Assembly (NCBI GenBank): GCA_026014725.1
Contig: JAOZHV010000044.1
Location: 28,272 to 92,271 of the forward strand
Length of the DNA: 64,000 nucleotides
Origin: Candidatus Bathyarchaeota archaeon
GTDB taxonomy: Archaea; Thermoproteota; Bathyarchaeia; Bathyarchaeales; Bathycorpusculaceae
Reading direction: 5' to 3'
In this document: positions 56,200-64,000 of the stretch, piece after piece
Numbering within the stretch: position 1 is the first letter of the stretch
How the letters are laid out: every line of letters begins with the position of its first letter
Program-made: the position numbers and the translations under genes
Notes under the pieces: generated by a model
Databases searched by the model: none
Seen by the model: only the letters and a program-made list of their open reading frames with translations
Told to the model about the DNA's origin: nothing

Positions 56200-56607
56200 T
56201 CAGGCTATGCTTGTTATGAAATGAATCGCTAAGATGTGTCCTTTGTAAGCCATTGGGCAGATAACCATAGTTGAATTTGCAGTGGTTTCATCCTTTTTCT
56301 TCCAGGTAACGTTGATAGTAGAAGCGTTGAAATTGTCTGTTGCATTCCAGTAAGCGGTTGCCACTTTTTCTCGACTTTTCTCATCAACATATAAATCCAA
56401 AAATCCTGAGGGTTTAGCCCATTCTTGCGGCGATTTGTATCCTAAGAAACTTGCGAATCTTTGGTTGCAGATTTTGTGGTTGTCATCTAAATAGATATAG
56501 ATAGGTTGCTTTGAAGCATCTAAAATTTCTTTCAGTTGAGTGTACAATCCGTTGACAATTTCTTCGTGATGTTGCCCATCCGTCTTCTGAACACTACTTT
56601 TAGACAT
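56200..56607 (-). CDS. Stand-alone PAS-like domain protein
   Basis: ILDASKQPIYIY...CNQRFASFLGY.SPQEW pattern. Confidence 0.7.
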   Translation of the reverse strand: MSKSSVQKTDGQHHEEIVNGLYTQLKEILDASKQPIYIYLDDNHKICNQRFASFLGYKSPQEWAKPSGFLDLYVDEKSREKVATAYWNATDNFNASTINVTWKKKDETTANSTMVICPMAYKGHILAIHFITSIA

Positions 56608-56855
56608 ATAATCAACCTTTCTTTCGTTAAATTTCACAGTAAATAAGTTAAATAACAAAATTGGTGCTTTTAAAGAAATGTGATTGTGGCAAAGCAGTAA
56701 CAAACAAGAAATCAATGACCTGATTGATCAAAAAGCAACCTAATCAAAAGACTTGTAAGCTACCCACCTGTCATCAAAGACATCGAACGGCTTGTTCTAA
56801 AAAATAGTAATATTAACGCAAAGAAAGTTAAGTAGCAGATAAGAGGAAAGTTTGA

Positions 56856-57227
56856 ATGTTACGAATTAGCAAAATCGCAATTTTGGCACTTGCTTTAGTG
56901 TTGACGATTGTTGGTGTTTCAGTAGTTGTTGCAGGTTTATTTAACAATTCAACTAAAGCTACCTTTACCTGCAACGCTTGTACTAAGTATGCTTTTGATT
57001 TTTCGGTCGGGGTTAATTTGAACGATGGGATGGATAGCTCTGAAGCAACGCTGGTGGCAATTGCACTTTTCGAGCATGAGATGAACGATAAGGAATATGC
57101 GGTTAAGGAAACCAAATCTAACAGTGATGGCATTTGGACGGTTTATTTGTTATGGGACGGGAATCACTACTTTAATGTGCATGTTAATGCTACTGCTAGA
57201 ACGGTTGAGTATGATAGGTGCTACTGA
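56856..57227 (+). CDS. Small exported hypothetical protein
   Basis: N-terminal TM or signal peptide; 123 aa. Confidence 0.6.
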   Translation: MLRISKIAILALALVLTIVGVSVVVAGLFNNSTKATFTCNACTKYAFDFSVGVNLNDGMDSSEATLVAIALFEHEMNDKEYAVKETKSNSDGIWTVYLLWDGNHYFNVHVNATARTVEYDRCY

Positions 57228-57289
57228 GCGTAGAAAAAAGCAGTTTCTAAGAACAGATAATAAAACTTAAAATTATTGGACTGCTAAAT

Positions 57290-57577
57290 TTAGCCGCCTG
57301 TCATGAGCGACATCAAAATAATGTTGTCGCCATTTTTTAGCGGTGTGTTTACGCCTTGAAGCTGATCCATTAAAACGCCGTTTACCATGGTGACGAAGGT
57401 TGACTTCATTTCTTTCTTGGCGGGGTCGTAGACTTCTTGGATGAATTGTTTGCCGTAGGTGTTGGCGATTTGGTCGAGCAGTTGCCCTACGGTTGCATTT
57501 TCGTTTAGTGTTATGTCTTCTTGGTTTTTGTTTGTGTATGTCTTTACTAGGCTGATGTAGTGCACTTTGATTTGCAT
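57290..57577 (-). CDS. MoaD/ThiS/SAMP ubiquitin-like sulfur carrier
   Basis: Beta-grasp pattern VNG...LKNGD; C-terminal GG; lies between the AOR genes. Confidence 0.92.
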   Translation of the reverse strand: MQIKVHYISLVKTYTNKNQEDITLNENATVGQLLDQIANTYGKQFIQEVYDPAKKEMKSTFVTMVNGVLMDQLQGVNTPLKNGDNIILMSLMTGG

Positions 57578-57735
57578 GGGTTCTCAAATTATTGATTGCT
57601 ATGGGCTTCTCATATGTCTTTTCTCTTTACGAAACAGTTTCAACTTGAGTTTTACATTAAGGAATCGTTGTGACTGTTTATACATGACGATGAAACTGAG
57701 CGTTCAGGAAAGCCATGGATTCTAAGATAAACATC

Positions 57736-57771
57736 CCATTAACTTAATATAGCATTCAACTGACTAAATAC
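57736..57771 (+). promoter_or_regulatory. Conserved AOR promoter block, copy 2
   Basis: CCATTAACTTAATATAGCATTCAACTGACTAAATAC. Confidence 0.8.
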
Positions 57772-57793
57772 TCAAAATATTGGAGGAAGAAGG

Positions 57794-59650
57794 TTGCTCG
57801 GTTACGCAGGAAAAATCCTCTATGTTGATTTATCCACAGGCAAGGCAAAAACAGAAAAACTAAGCGATGAAGTCGCCAGAAAATATGTTGGCGGAATCGG
57901 CTTAGCCATGAAACTTTACTTATCCAACTCAAAAGCAGGCGTAGACCCGCTAAGCGCTGAAAACCCATTAGTTTTAGCCGTTGGACCATTATCAGGAACA
58001 ATGTTCCCAACAGGCGGAAACGGACACACTTTCATATCAAAATCACCCGCAACAAACGGTGTCGGCGAAGCAGTAAGCCACGGCACCTTTGGAGCAGAAA
58101 TAAAACGCGCAGGGTACGATGCCATAGTTTTTACAGGAAAAGCTGACAGACCTGTTTACCTCTGGATTGACGATGACTCAGTCCAGTTACTTGACGCCTC
58201 AAATGTTTGGGGCAAATCACCCTCAGAAACCGAGGACACCCTCAAAGACGAACTCGGCGACTACTACATCCGTGTAGCGTCAATCGGTTTAGCAGGCGAG
58301 AAACAATCAAAAATCGCCAATATAATTAATGAGAAAACTAGAGCGGCAGGAAGAACTGGTCTTGGCGCTGTTATGGGTAGCAAAAACCTCAAAGCAATCG
58401 CGGTGAGAGGAACACAAGACATAACCGTAGCTAAACCAGAAGAATTCATAGAAATGGTCAAGGAATTTCATGAACGCATGAAGGGACCAGCCGCGCAGAA
58501 ATACCGCACCTTGGGCACACCTGAGAACATCATGATTCAAAACGCTCTGTTCTGTATGCCAACCCGTAACTACAACAACGCCCACTTCGAGAAAGCCGAG
58601 AACGTTAGCGGAGAAACCCTAAACGAACGCTACATAGCAAAAATAATCGCTTGCAACTCATGCGCCATGCGGTGCGAACACGAAGCCGTCATCCGCGAAG
58701 GACCCTACAAGGGCACGCTAGCACGCATGGAGTACGATAATATTTGGGCGCTTGGACCAAACTGCGGCATAGACAAGCTAGACGCCATAATCAAAGCTGC
58801 TGAACTCTGCAACTACTATGGTTTGGACGCCCAGAGCACTGGAGTTACCATCAGTTTCCTAATGGATTGCCACGAAAAAGGTCTACTTACACATGGGCAA
58901 CTTGAAGGCATCGACCCTCACTTTGGCAATTCAGAAGCACTTATCCAATTAATTGAGAAAATGGGCAAACGTGAAGGCATCGGAGAAACCCTTGCTGACG
59001 GCGTCAAGGTTGCAGCGGAAAAAATCGGCAAGAACTCAACTGAGCTTGCACAACACATCAAAGGTTTAGAAGTCACAGGTTATGACCTGCGTTGCCTCAA
59101 AACCACCGCGTTAGCAGCCGCTGTTTCTTTCCGTGGAGCAGACCACAACCGAAGCGCCGCATACACCATAGACTTGAAAGGCAAAGTTAACCGCCTCAAA
59201 GCCGAAAAAGGACGAGGCAAACTTGTTAAAGAAGCGGAAGATATCTTTGCATTGATTGATTCATTCATTATCTGCAAGAATGCCAAAGGCACCCTTTACA
59301 AAGAACTCGCCGACATGGCAAAACTCTACAGCCTAGTTACAGGCGCAGAGGTAACTGCTGAAGAACTCAGCGTTGCTGGCGAACGCATAAACACCTTAGC
59401 CAAACTAATCAACCTGCGAGAAGGATTAACACGCGAAGATGACACCCTGCCTTGGAAGGTTATGAATCAACCCATTCCAGATGATGGACCAGTCAAAGGC
59501 GCCGTAGTAACTCAAGAGGAACTGGATTTGCTCTTGGACGATTATTACCAAGCCAGAGGCTGGACGCTGGAAGGCGTGCCGACTAAAGCTAAGCTCAACG
59601 ACTTAGGTCTAGAAGAATATTCAAGTTTAATCAAAGCAAACGAGGCATAA
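57794..59650 (+). CDS. aor: Tungsten-dependent aldehyde:ferredoxin oxidoreductase family, copy 2
   Basis: KSPATN, GRTGLGAVMGSKNLKA, CNSCAMRC, GADH and YYQARGW motifs; GGAGG plus TTG start. Confidence 0.95.
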   Translation: MLGYAGKILYVDLSTGKAKTEKLSDEVARKYVGGIGLAMKLYLSNSKAGVDPLSAENPLVLAVGPLSGTMFPTGGNGHTFISKSPATNGVGEAVSHGTFGAEIKRAGYDAIVFTGKADRPVYLWIDDDSVQLLDASNVWGKSPSETEDTLKDELGDYYIRVASIGLAGEKQSKIANIINEKTRAAGRTGLGAVMGSKNLKAIAVRGTQDITVAKPEEFIEMVKEFHERMKGPAAQKYRTLGTPENIMIQNALFCMPTRNYNNAHFEKAENVSGETLNERYIAKIIACNSCAMRCEHEAVIREGPYKGTLARMEYDNIWALGPNCGIDKLDAIIKAAELCNYYGLDAQSTGVTISFLMDCHEKGLLTHGQLEGIDPHFGNSEALIQLIEKMGKREGIGETLADGVKVAAEKIGKNSTELAQHIKGLEVTGYDLRCLKTTALAAAVSFRGADHNRSAAYTIDLKGKVNRLKAEKGRGKLVKEAEDIFALIDSFIICKNAKGTLYKELADMAKLYSLVTGAEVTAEELSVAGERINTLAKLINLREGLTREDDTLPWKVMNQPIPDDGPVKGAVVTQEELDLLLDDYYQARGWTLEGVPTKAKLNDLGLEEYSSLIKANEA

Positions 59651-59655
59651 AAGCA

Positions 59656-60159
59656 ATGGTAAAGATTCATGAGAGAAAATTTGTTTCCGCTGACCCCGAA
59701 AAATGCGTAGGCTGCCAAATCTGCGAGTACGCTTGCTCATTTACCAAAGAAAAAGCCTTCAACCCGCTCAAATCACGCATCCGCGTAGTCAGAGTTAACC
59801 AGTTAGCCAACATGGCAGTAACATGCCGACTCTGCGAAGAACCAGCATGCGTAGCCGCCTGTCCGAGAGATGCTCTAAAGCAAGATGAAGAAACAGGCAC
59901 CATAATTCTCGATAAGGACAAGTGTAACGGTTGCGGCTGGTGCATTGAAGCTTGCGATTACGGCGCCATGATGTTGCATCCAGAAACAAAAATCGTGTAT
60001 GTTTGTGACATGTGCAAAGACAAGGCTGATGGTCCTCAATGCGTCAAATGGTGTCCTGAAGAAGCCTTGACGATTGTTACAAGCGATACTTTAGCTCAAA
60101 AAGCAAGAATTGGCGCAATCCGCAAACTATTCCAAGAGTCAAAAAAGGAAAAGCAATAG
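59656..60159 (+). CDS. 4Fe-4S dicluster subunit, copy 2
   Basis: Paralog of 55610-56128. Confidence 0.93.
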   Translation: MVKIHERKFVSADPEKCVGCQICEYACSFTKEKAFNPLKSRIRVVRVNQLANMAVTCRLCEEPACVAACPRDALKQDEETGTIILDKDKCNGCGWCIEACDYGAMMLHPETKIVYVCDMCKDKADGPQCVKWCPEEALTIVTSDTLAQKARIGAIRKLFQESKKEKQ

Positions 60160-60231
60160 ACAAGGGCAGTTTTTCGCCCAAACTTTTAATTTAGCTCTAA
60201 AAAGAGTAAAGAAAAAGCAGTAATCCCTTTT

Positions 60232-60375
60232 TTACATTGTACTCTCAGAATGCTCTTCCATGCAGTGCGCCTCATAATCCTCTCTGGTGTCGTACTCTTG
60301 GTTGTCAGCTTTGCATCTGAATTTGCCCCCTGCAGTCCTCTCTGGCTCAGGAATATTCGACCGTTTAGACTCCAA
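60232..60375 (-). CDS. 47-aa C2H2-like zinc-finger microprotein (absent from ORF track)
   Basis: GGAGGTGA plus TTG; MESKRSNIPEPERTAGGKFRCKADNQEYDTREDYEAHCMEEHSESTM. Confidence 0.65.
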   Translation of the reverse strand: MESKRSNIPEPERTAGGKFRCKADNQEYDTREDYEAHCMEEHSESTM

Positions 60376-60482
60376 AATCAATCACCTCCAAAAACGCTTT
60401 GAAAAACTAATTTTTTATTCGGTAAAAAATTTTTAAATATATGTGACTGTTACCAAACAATCATAAAAAGGCGAAGTTCAAA

Positions 60483-60815
60483 TTACGATAAAATATTTGA
60501 TACCAATTCTTGTATCTGGCTGCTCGCCATCACAGTTGAGACTAATTTTTTTTCTCCTTCCTCGGTTAAACAGTAAATTCTACCGTTATCGTCTCCCTCA
60601 CCTTTAATGAGGTTTTTTCTCTCAAGCAGGTAGATTTGGTGATAGATTGTTCCAGGGCTAAATAGGACATCAAATTCTTCATGCAAGTGCCTGAGAATCT
60701 GGTAACCACTGCTAAGCGAGTGCTCTTTCAAATATTTTAGAATTAGGATGTCCGCGAAGCTTTTTATTGTTCTAGATTTCAAATCTTCGCAGTGTCGCAG
60801 TTTCATTTCATTCAC
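60483..60815 (-). CDS. PadR-family transcriptional regulator
   Basis: ILIL...SGYQI...SPGTIY..IY.LERKNLI...IYCLTEEG pattern. Confidence 0.88.
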   Translation of the reverse strand: MNEMKLRHCEDLKSRTIKSFADILILKYLKEHSLSSGYQILRHLHEEFDVLFSPGTIYHQIYLLERKNLIKGEGDDNGRIYCLTEEGEKKLVSTVMASSQIQELVSNILS

Positions 60816-60964
60816 TCTGCCCTGTGACTGTTTGCATTATTACTAGGGTTGATTTATAAGGTGGTGTGTATGTAGCACTACAGTTACACAACCAATGTCG
60901 TGTCTGGGCAGCAAGCGACACACCGATAAGCTGGGTAATCTGCTGAAAGGGGAACACCGGGAGA

Positions 60965-62239
60965 TTGTTACCGTCAGTGCTAGTGGTTGAGGACGACGAT
61001 TTTACACGTGAAACGTTATCCATTATATTAAAGTCAAAAGATTACGATGTTACTACTACATCAAGCGTTGACCAAGCATTAGCTGTTCTTAAAAACAGAC
61101 GTTTCGATGTCTTGATAATGGCAACTAAACTTTTAGGAAAAGACCATGCGCGTCTGCAATCCTTAGGCGATTTTGCTTCAGACACGATAAAAATTATGAT
61201 AACAGCTTACCCTTCTAAATTCACTAGTACTCAAGCATTAGCCTTAGGTGCTGACGCTTACATAGTTAAGCCTATTGACCCTGAAGACCTACTAAAAACC
61301 ATCCGAACAAAACTTGATGAACGCATCAAAGATATAGATTTCACTCTAGAAAATAAGAAATGGTTAAGCGATTCGCTTTCAAAAAAAATTGACCCTGTCG
61401 AGTTTAAACACTATCTAGAGCACATGGTAGAGCAACTAATCAGCTTTGGCTTAACAGCTAATCAGGCAAAGGTCTATGTTACGTTGGTAGCGATTGAACC
61501 TGCCCCTGCATCGAAAATAGCAGCTGTTTGTGGAATTAGGCGAGAGGAGGTTTACCGTGTCTTACCTGATTTGCTGAAGCTGGGGATAGTTTCAAAAAAA
61601 ATAGGGAATCCAGTATCTTATTTTGCTATGCCGCCAGAGAATAGCATTGAGATTTTGATGAAAGCAAAACTCAAGAAAGCGACTGAAGAGCTAAACAACT
61701 TGGCCAATAAGAGAGACATCTTAGTTACCCACATGAAGCGGTTGGAAGTATCTTCCAGCAAAGAGACAAAGTCAATAGAGAGCATTCAAGATATAGAAAA
61801 ACTGTTAGAACGATTTAAAAAATCTGCCTCCACGGCAAAAAATAGCATTGATGTTATGGTGCCTATGGGAATCTTGCAGTTTGGTCAGCTTAATATTGGT
61901 TACTTGATCTCTGAACTATTTGCGCGAAAAATTCGAGTCCGAATAATCGTCGATAAGACTGCAATTGCGCCCTGCTCTTCTTGGATTAACACCGCTATAA
62001 AAAATGACACTTTAAACTTAGATATAGCTAAATTGGTTGATTTACGTTTCATTGATGAAATGCCGTTTCATGTGGTTCTCATTGACGATGCTGAAGTGAT
62101 TTGGGGAAAGTTTAATGTTAATGAAGATGGCAGTTGCCTTTGGACTAATCTTCCGTATCATGTTCAATTAGTAAAAACAGCGTTTGACGCACTATGGCAC
62201 AAAAGCACGAGCTTGGAAGAGATAAAAACAAGAGTTTAG
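60965..62239 (+). CDS. Atypical (Asp-less) receiver domain fused to a TrmB-family regulator
   Basis: VLVVEDD, FDVLIMA (Ala at the phospho-Asp position), ITAY, IVKP; FGLTANQAKVY...RREEVYRVL TrmB wHTH; TrmB C-terminal domain. Confidence 0.88.
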   Translation: MLPSVLVVEDDDFTRETLSIILKSKDYDVTTTSSVDQALAVLKNRRFDVLIMATKLLGKDHARLQSLGDFASDTIKIMITAYPSKFTSTQALALGADAYIVKPIDPEDLLKTIRTKLDERIKDIDFTLENKKWLSDSLSKKIDPVEFKHYLEHMVEQLISFGLTANQAKVYVTLVAIEPAPASKIAAVCGIRREEVYRVLPDLLKLGIVSKKIGNPVSYFAMPPENSIEILMKAKLKKATEELNNLANKRDILVTHMKRLEVSSSKETKSIESIQDIEKLLERFKKSASTAKNSIDVMVPMGILQFGQLNIGYLISELFARKIRVRIIVDKTAIAPCSSWINTAIKNDTLNLDIAKLVDLRFIDEMPFHVVLIDDAEVIWGKFNVNEDGSCLWTNLPYHVQLVKTAFDALWHKSTSLEEIKTRV

Positions 62240-63396
62240 CAGCTAAAAAAAGTACAGTAAGCTCAAAAAAACAGTCTTTTCCATCAACGGTGAAAACCAA
62301 AAATGAAGACTTTGTAGCAACGGTCGGCATTGAGGCGTTTAACCTCTTGTTTGAAGAAATCGATAGCCCAATTTTGATTATTCAAGATGGAAAAATTGTA
62401 TTCATAAACAAGAAGGGCTGGGAAAAATTCGGGTATACTAATGACGACACAATAGGTAAAAGGGTTGAACATCTCGTTGCAAAACGAGTAGAAAAATCCT
62501 CGCAAGAGTTGACTATTAATGCGTACCCTGAGGTATTATCTGGAAGGTCCATGTCGCATCTTACGATTCCAGTTATTGCTGAAAGCGGCGAGTTAATACC
62601 TGTAGAACCAAAAACCGCAATAATAGAATACAATTACAAGCCAGCGCTTCTTGTGGTTGCACGTGATTTAAGGCAAGAAGCATTGCAGCATGAAAAATCT
62701 TCAGAAGAGTTGGCAACTACGACTATGCTAGTACATGCTGTAGCTGAAAATCTTAAAAATCCAATGCAATCTGTAAAAAACGCGACGTACTATTTTTCGC
62801 AGCAACTAAGGGGCACTCAACAATATCATTATGGAGCTAATCAAGAGTATTATCGTCATTACGATACAGCTACAAAAATACTGGAAATTGTTGATAACGC
62901 GATTAATCGGGCAGACAAAGCAGTCAAAACTCTTTTAGAATACACAGATAATAAACCAGTAAAATTGCAACCACTTGACATTAAAGCGTTATTGGAAGAT
63001 GCTGTAAGTGCAGTTGGCACGACAAAAAACGTCAAGATTGACATGCGCGAAGGTGAGTTGCCTTTAATAAAAGCGGATAGACAGGATGTTGTTTGTGCCT
63101 TCAGTAAATTAATAGAGTTCTGTGCTCAATTCAACCGTGAAGGCGGTATTTTAACCGTCTCGGCGGTTGAAAGAGATGAATTTGTTGAAGTCTTCTTCGA
63201 CTGCTCTGGAATGTTCATATCCCATGAGAGATTTGATAGCGTCTTTAAACCATTTTACATGTTTAATGATATATTTTTGGGGATGGCGCTTCCTATTTGT
63301 AAACGGTTTGTTGAAAGAAACGGTGGTACAGTAAAATTGGGTAATATTCAGGAAAAGGAGACAGTGTTTATAGTTAGATTGCCCTGTATCTGTTGA
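62194..63396 (+). CDS. PAS-domain histidine-kinase-like protein with degenerate H, N and G boxes (start uncertain)
   Basis: PAS domain (IIQDGKIVFIN...LVVARD); VAENLKNPM at the H box; HATPase-like tail FKPF...LGMALPICKRFVERNGG. Confidence 0.82.
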   Translation: MAQKHELGRDKNKSLAAKKSTVSSKKQSFPSTVKTKNEDFVATVGIEAFNLLFEEIDSPILIIQDGKIVFINKKGWEKFGYTNDDTIGKRVEHLVAKRVEKSSQELTINAYPEVLSGRSMSHLTIPVIAESGELIPVEPKTAIIEYNYKPALLVVARDLRQEALQHEKSSEELATTTMLVHAVAENLKNPMQSVKNATYYFSQQLRGTQQYHYGANQEYYRHYDTATKILEIVDNAINRADKAVKTLLEYTDNKPVKLQPLDIKALLEDAVSAVGTTKNVKIDMREGELPLIKADRQDVVCAFSKLIEFCAQFNREGGILTVSAVERDEFVEVFFDCSGMFISHERFDSVFKPFYMFNDIFLGMALPICKRFVERNGGTVKLGNIQEKETVFIVRLPCIC

Positions 63397-63399
63397 TTG

Positions 63400-64000
63400 T
63401 TATTTTTGGCATTGTGTCATGATTTCTTGAGGTATTCTCTGAAGTGGTAGCGTTTTGTCCGCAACGCCTTCGTCTATTGCTGCTTTGGGCATCCCGAATA
63501 TGGTTGATGTTTCTTCGTCTTGGGCAATTGTTGTTCCGCCTTTTTGTTTTATGGCTCTCAAGCCATTAGCGCCGTCTCTCCCCATACCAGTGAGGATTAC
63601 CCCCAGAGTTTTTGACCTAAACACTTCTGCAGCTGTTTGCATCATTGGGTCAACAGCTGGACGAACAGCATGTATCGGGGGGTCTGTATTGAGGTGGATG
63701 CGTTCTTCTTTTGTTATGGTCATGTGGTAGCCTCCCTGCGCGATAAGTACGCGATTTCTGATTATGTAGTCCCCTTCTTCTGCCTCTTTCACTTCAAACT
63801 TGCAGATTCCAGCCAGTCTGTCAGCAAAGCATTTGGTGAAGGTTGGCGGCATATGTTGAACGATTAAGATTGGTGGAATTTCCTGTGGTAACGCAATAAG
63901 GATGCTTTCTAATGCTGCAGGTCCTCCTGTTGACGCTCCTATAAGAACTACACTCTTAGTTTTTGACGATATACTGGTGGGTGGAACTGGCTTGATTTTA
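63400..64000 (-). CDS. cheB: Chemotaxis methylesterase CheB (5' end beyond window)
   Basis: Frame is open to the window edge; IGASTGGP, VQHMP, RPAVD, ILTGMGRDGA, AQDE and FGMP motifs. Confidence 0.95.
   Translation of the reverse strand, partial: KIKPVPPTSISSKTKSVVLIGASTGGPAALESILIALPQEIPPILIVQHMPPTFTKCFADRLAGICKFEVKEAEEGDYIIRNRVLIAQGGYHMTITKEERIHLNTDPPIHAVRPAVDPMMQTAAEVFRSKTLGVILTGMGRDGANGLRAIKQKGGTTIAQDEETSTIFGMPKAAIDEGVADKTLPLQRIPQEIMTQCQK

Overview
Archaeal chromosomal segment, most likely Bathyarchaeia (inferred from gene-family content, not from a database search). Core genes are secY, rpl15, argF, dtdA, secE-spt5-rpl11-rpl1-rpl10, ppcA, mgsA, larA, purC-purP-purP, an OGG1-type glycosylase, tRNA-Ile2(CAU), two tungsten AOR plus ferredoxin modules and a partial cheB. 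They are interleaved with many secreted or surface proteins: two PQQ-type beta-propellers, a giant pilin-like adhesin, a collagen-stalked Ig-repeat protein, a subtilase, a NosD beta-helix and three paralogous uncharacterised exported proteins. Most notable observations: (1) a dispersed ~140-bp bipartite intergenic element (parts A+B, core TATAGGGGG) at four loci, with tandem A copies bracketing toxin-antitoxin-type cargo; (2) a histidine-kinase/receiver-TrmB pair in which both phosphoacceptors and the ATP-box motifs are lost; (3) a ~120-bp direct duplication of the larA promoter and 5' end flanking a 3.1-kb beta-propeller cassette; (4) an unannotated Hsp20 gene with an apparent ACG start heading rpl15-secY; (5) an EF-2 paralog without the diphthamide motif; (6) two apparently defused toxins; (7) kb-scale amino/keto synonymous-site blocks. 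No CRISPR array, rRNA, transposase or integrase was recognised. All calls are by-eye motif recognition.
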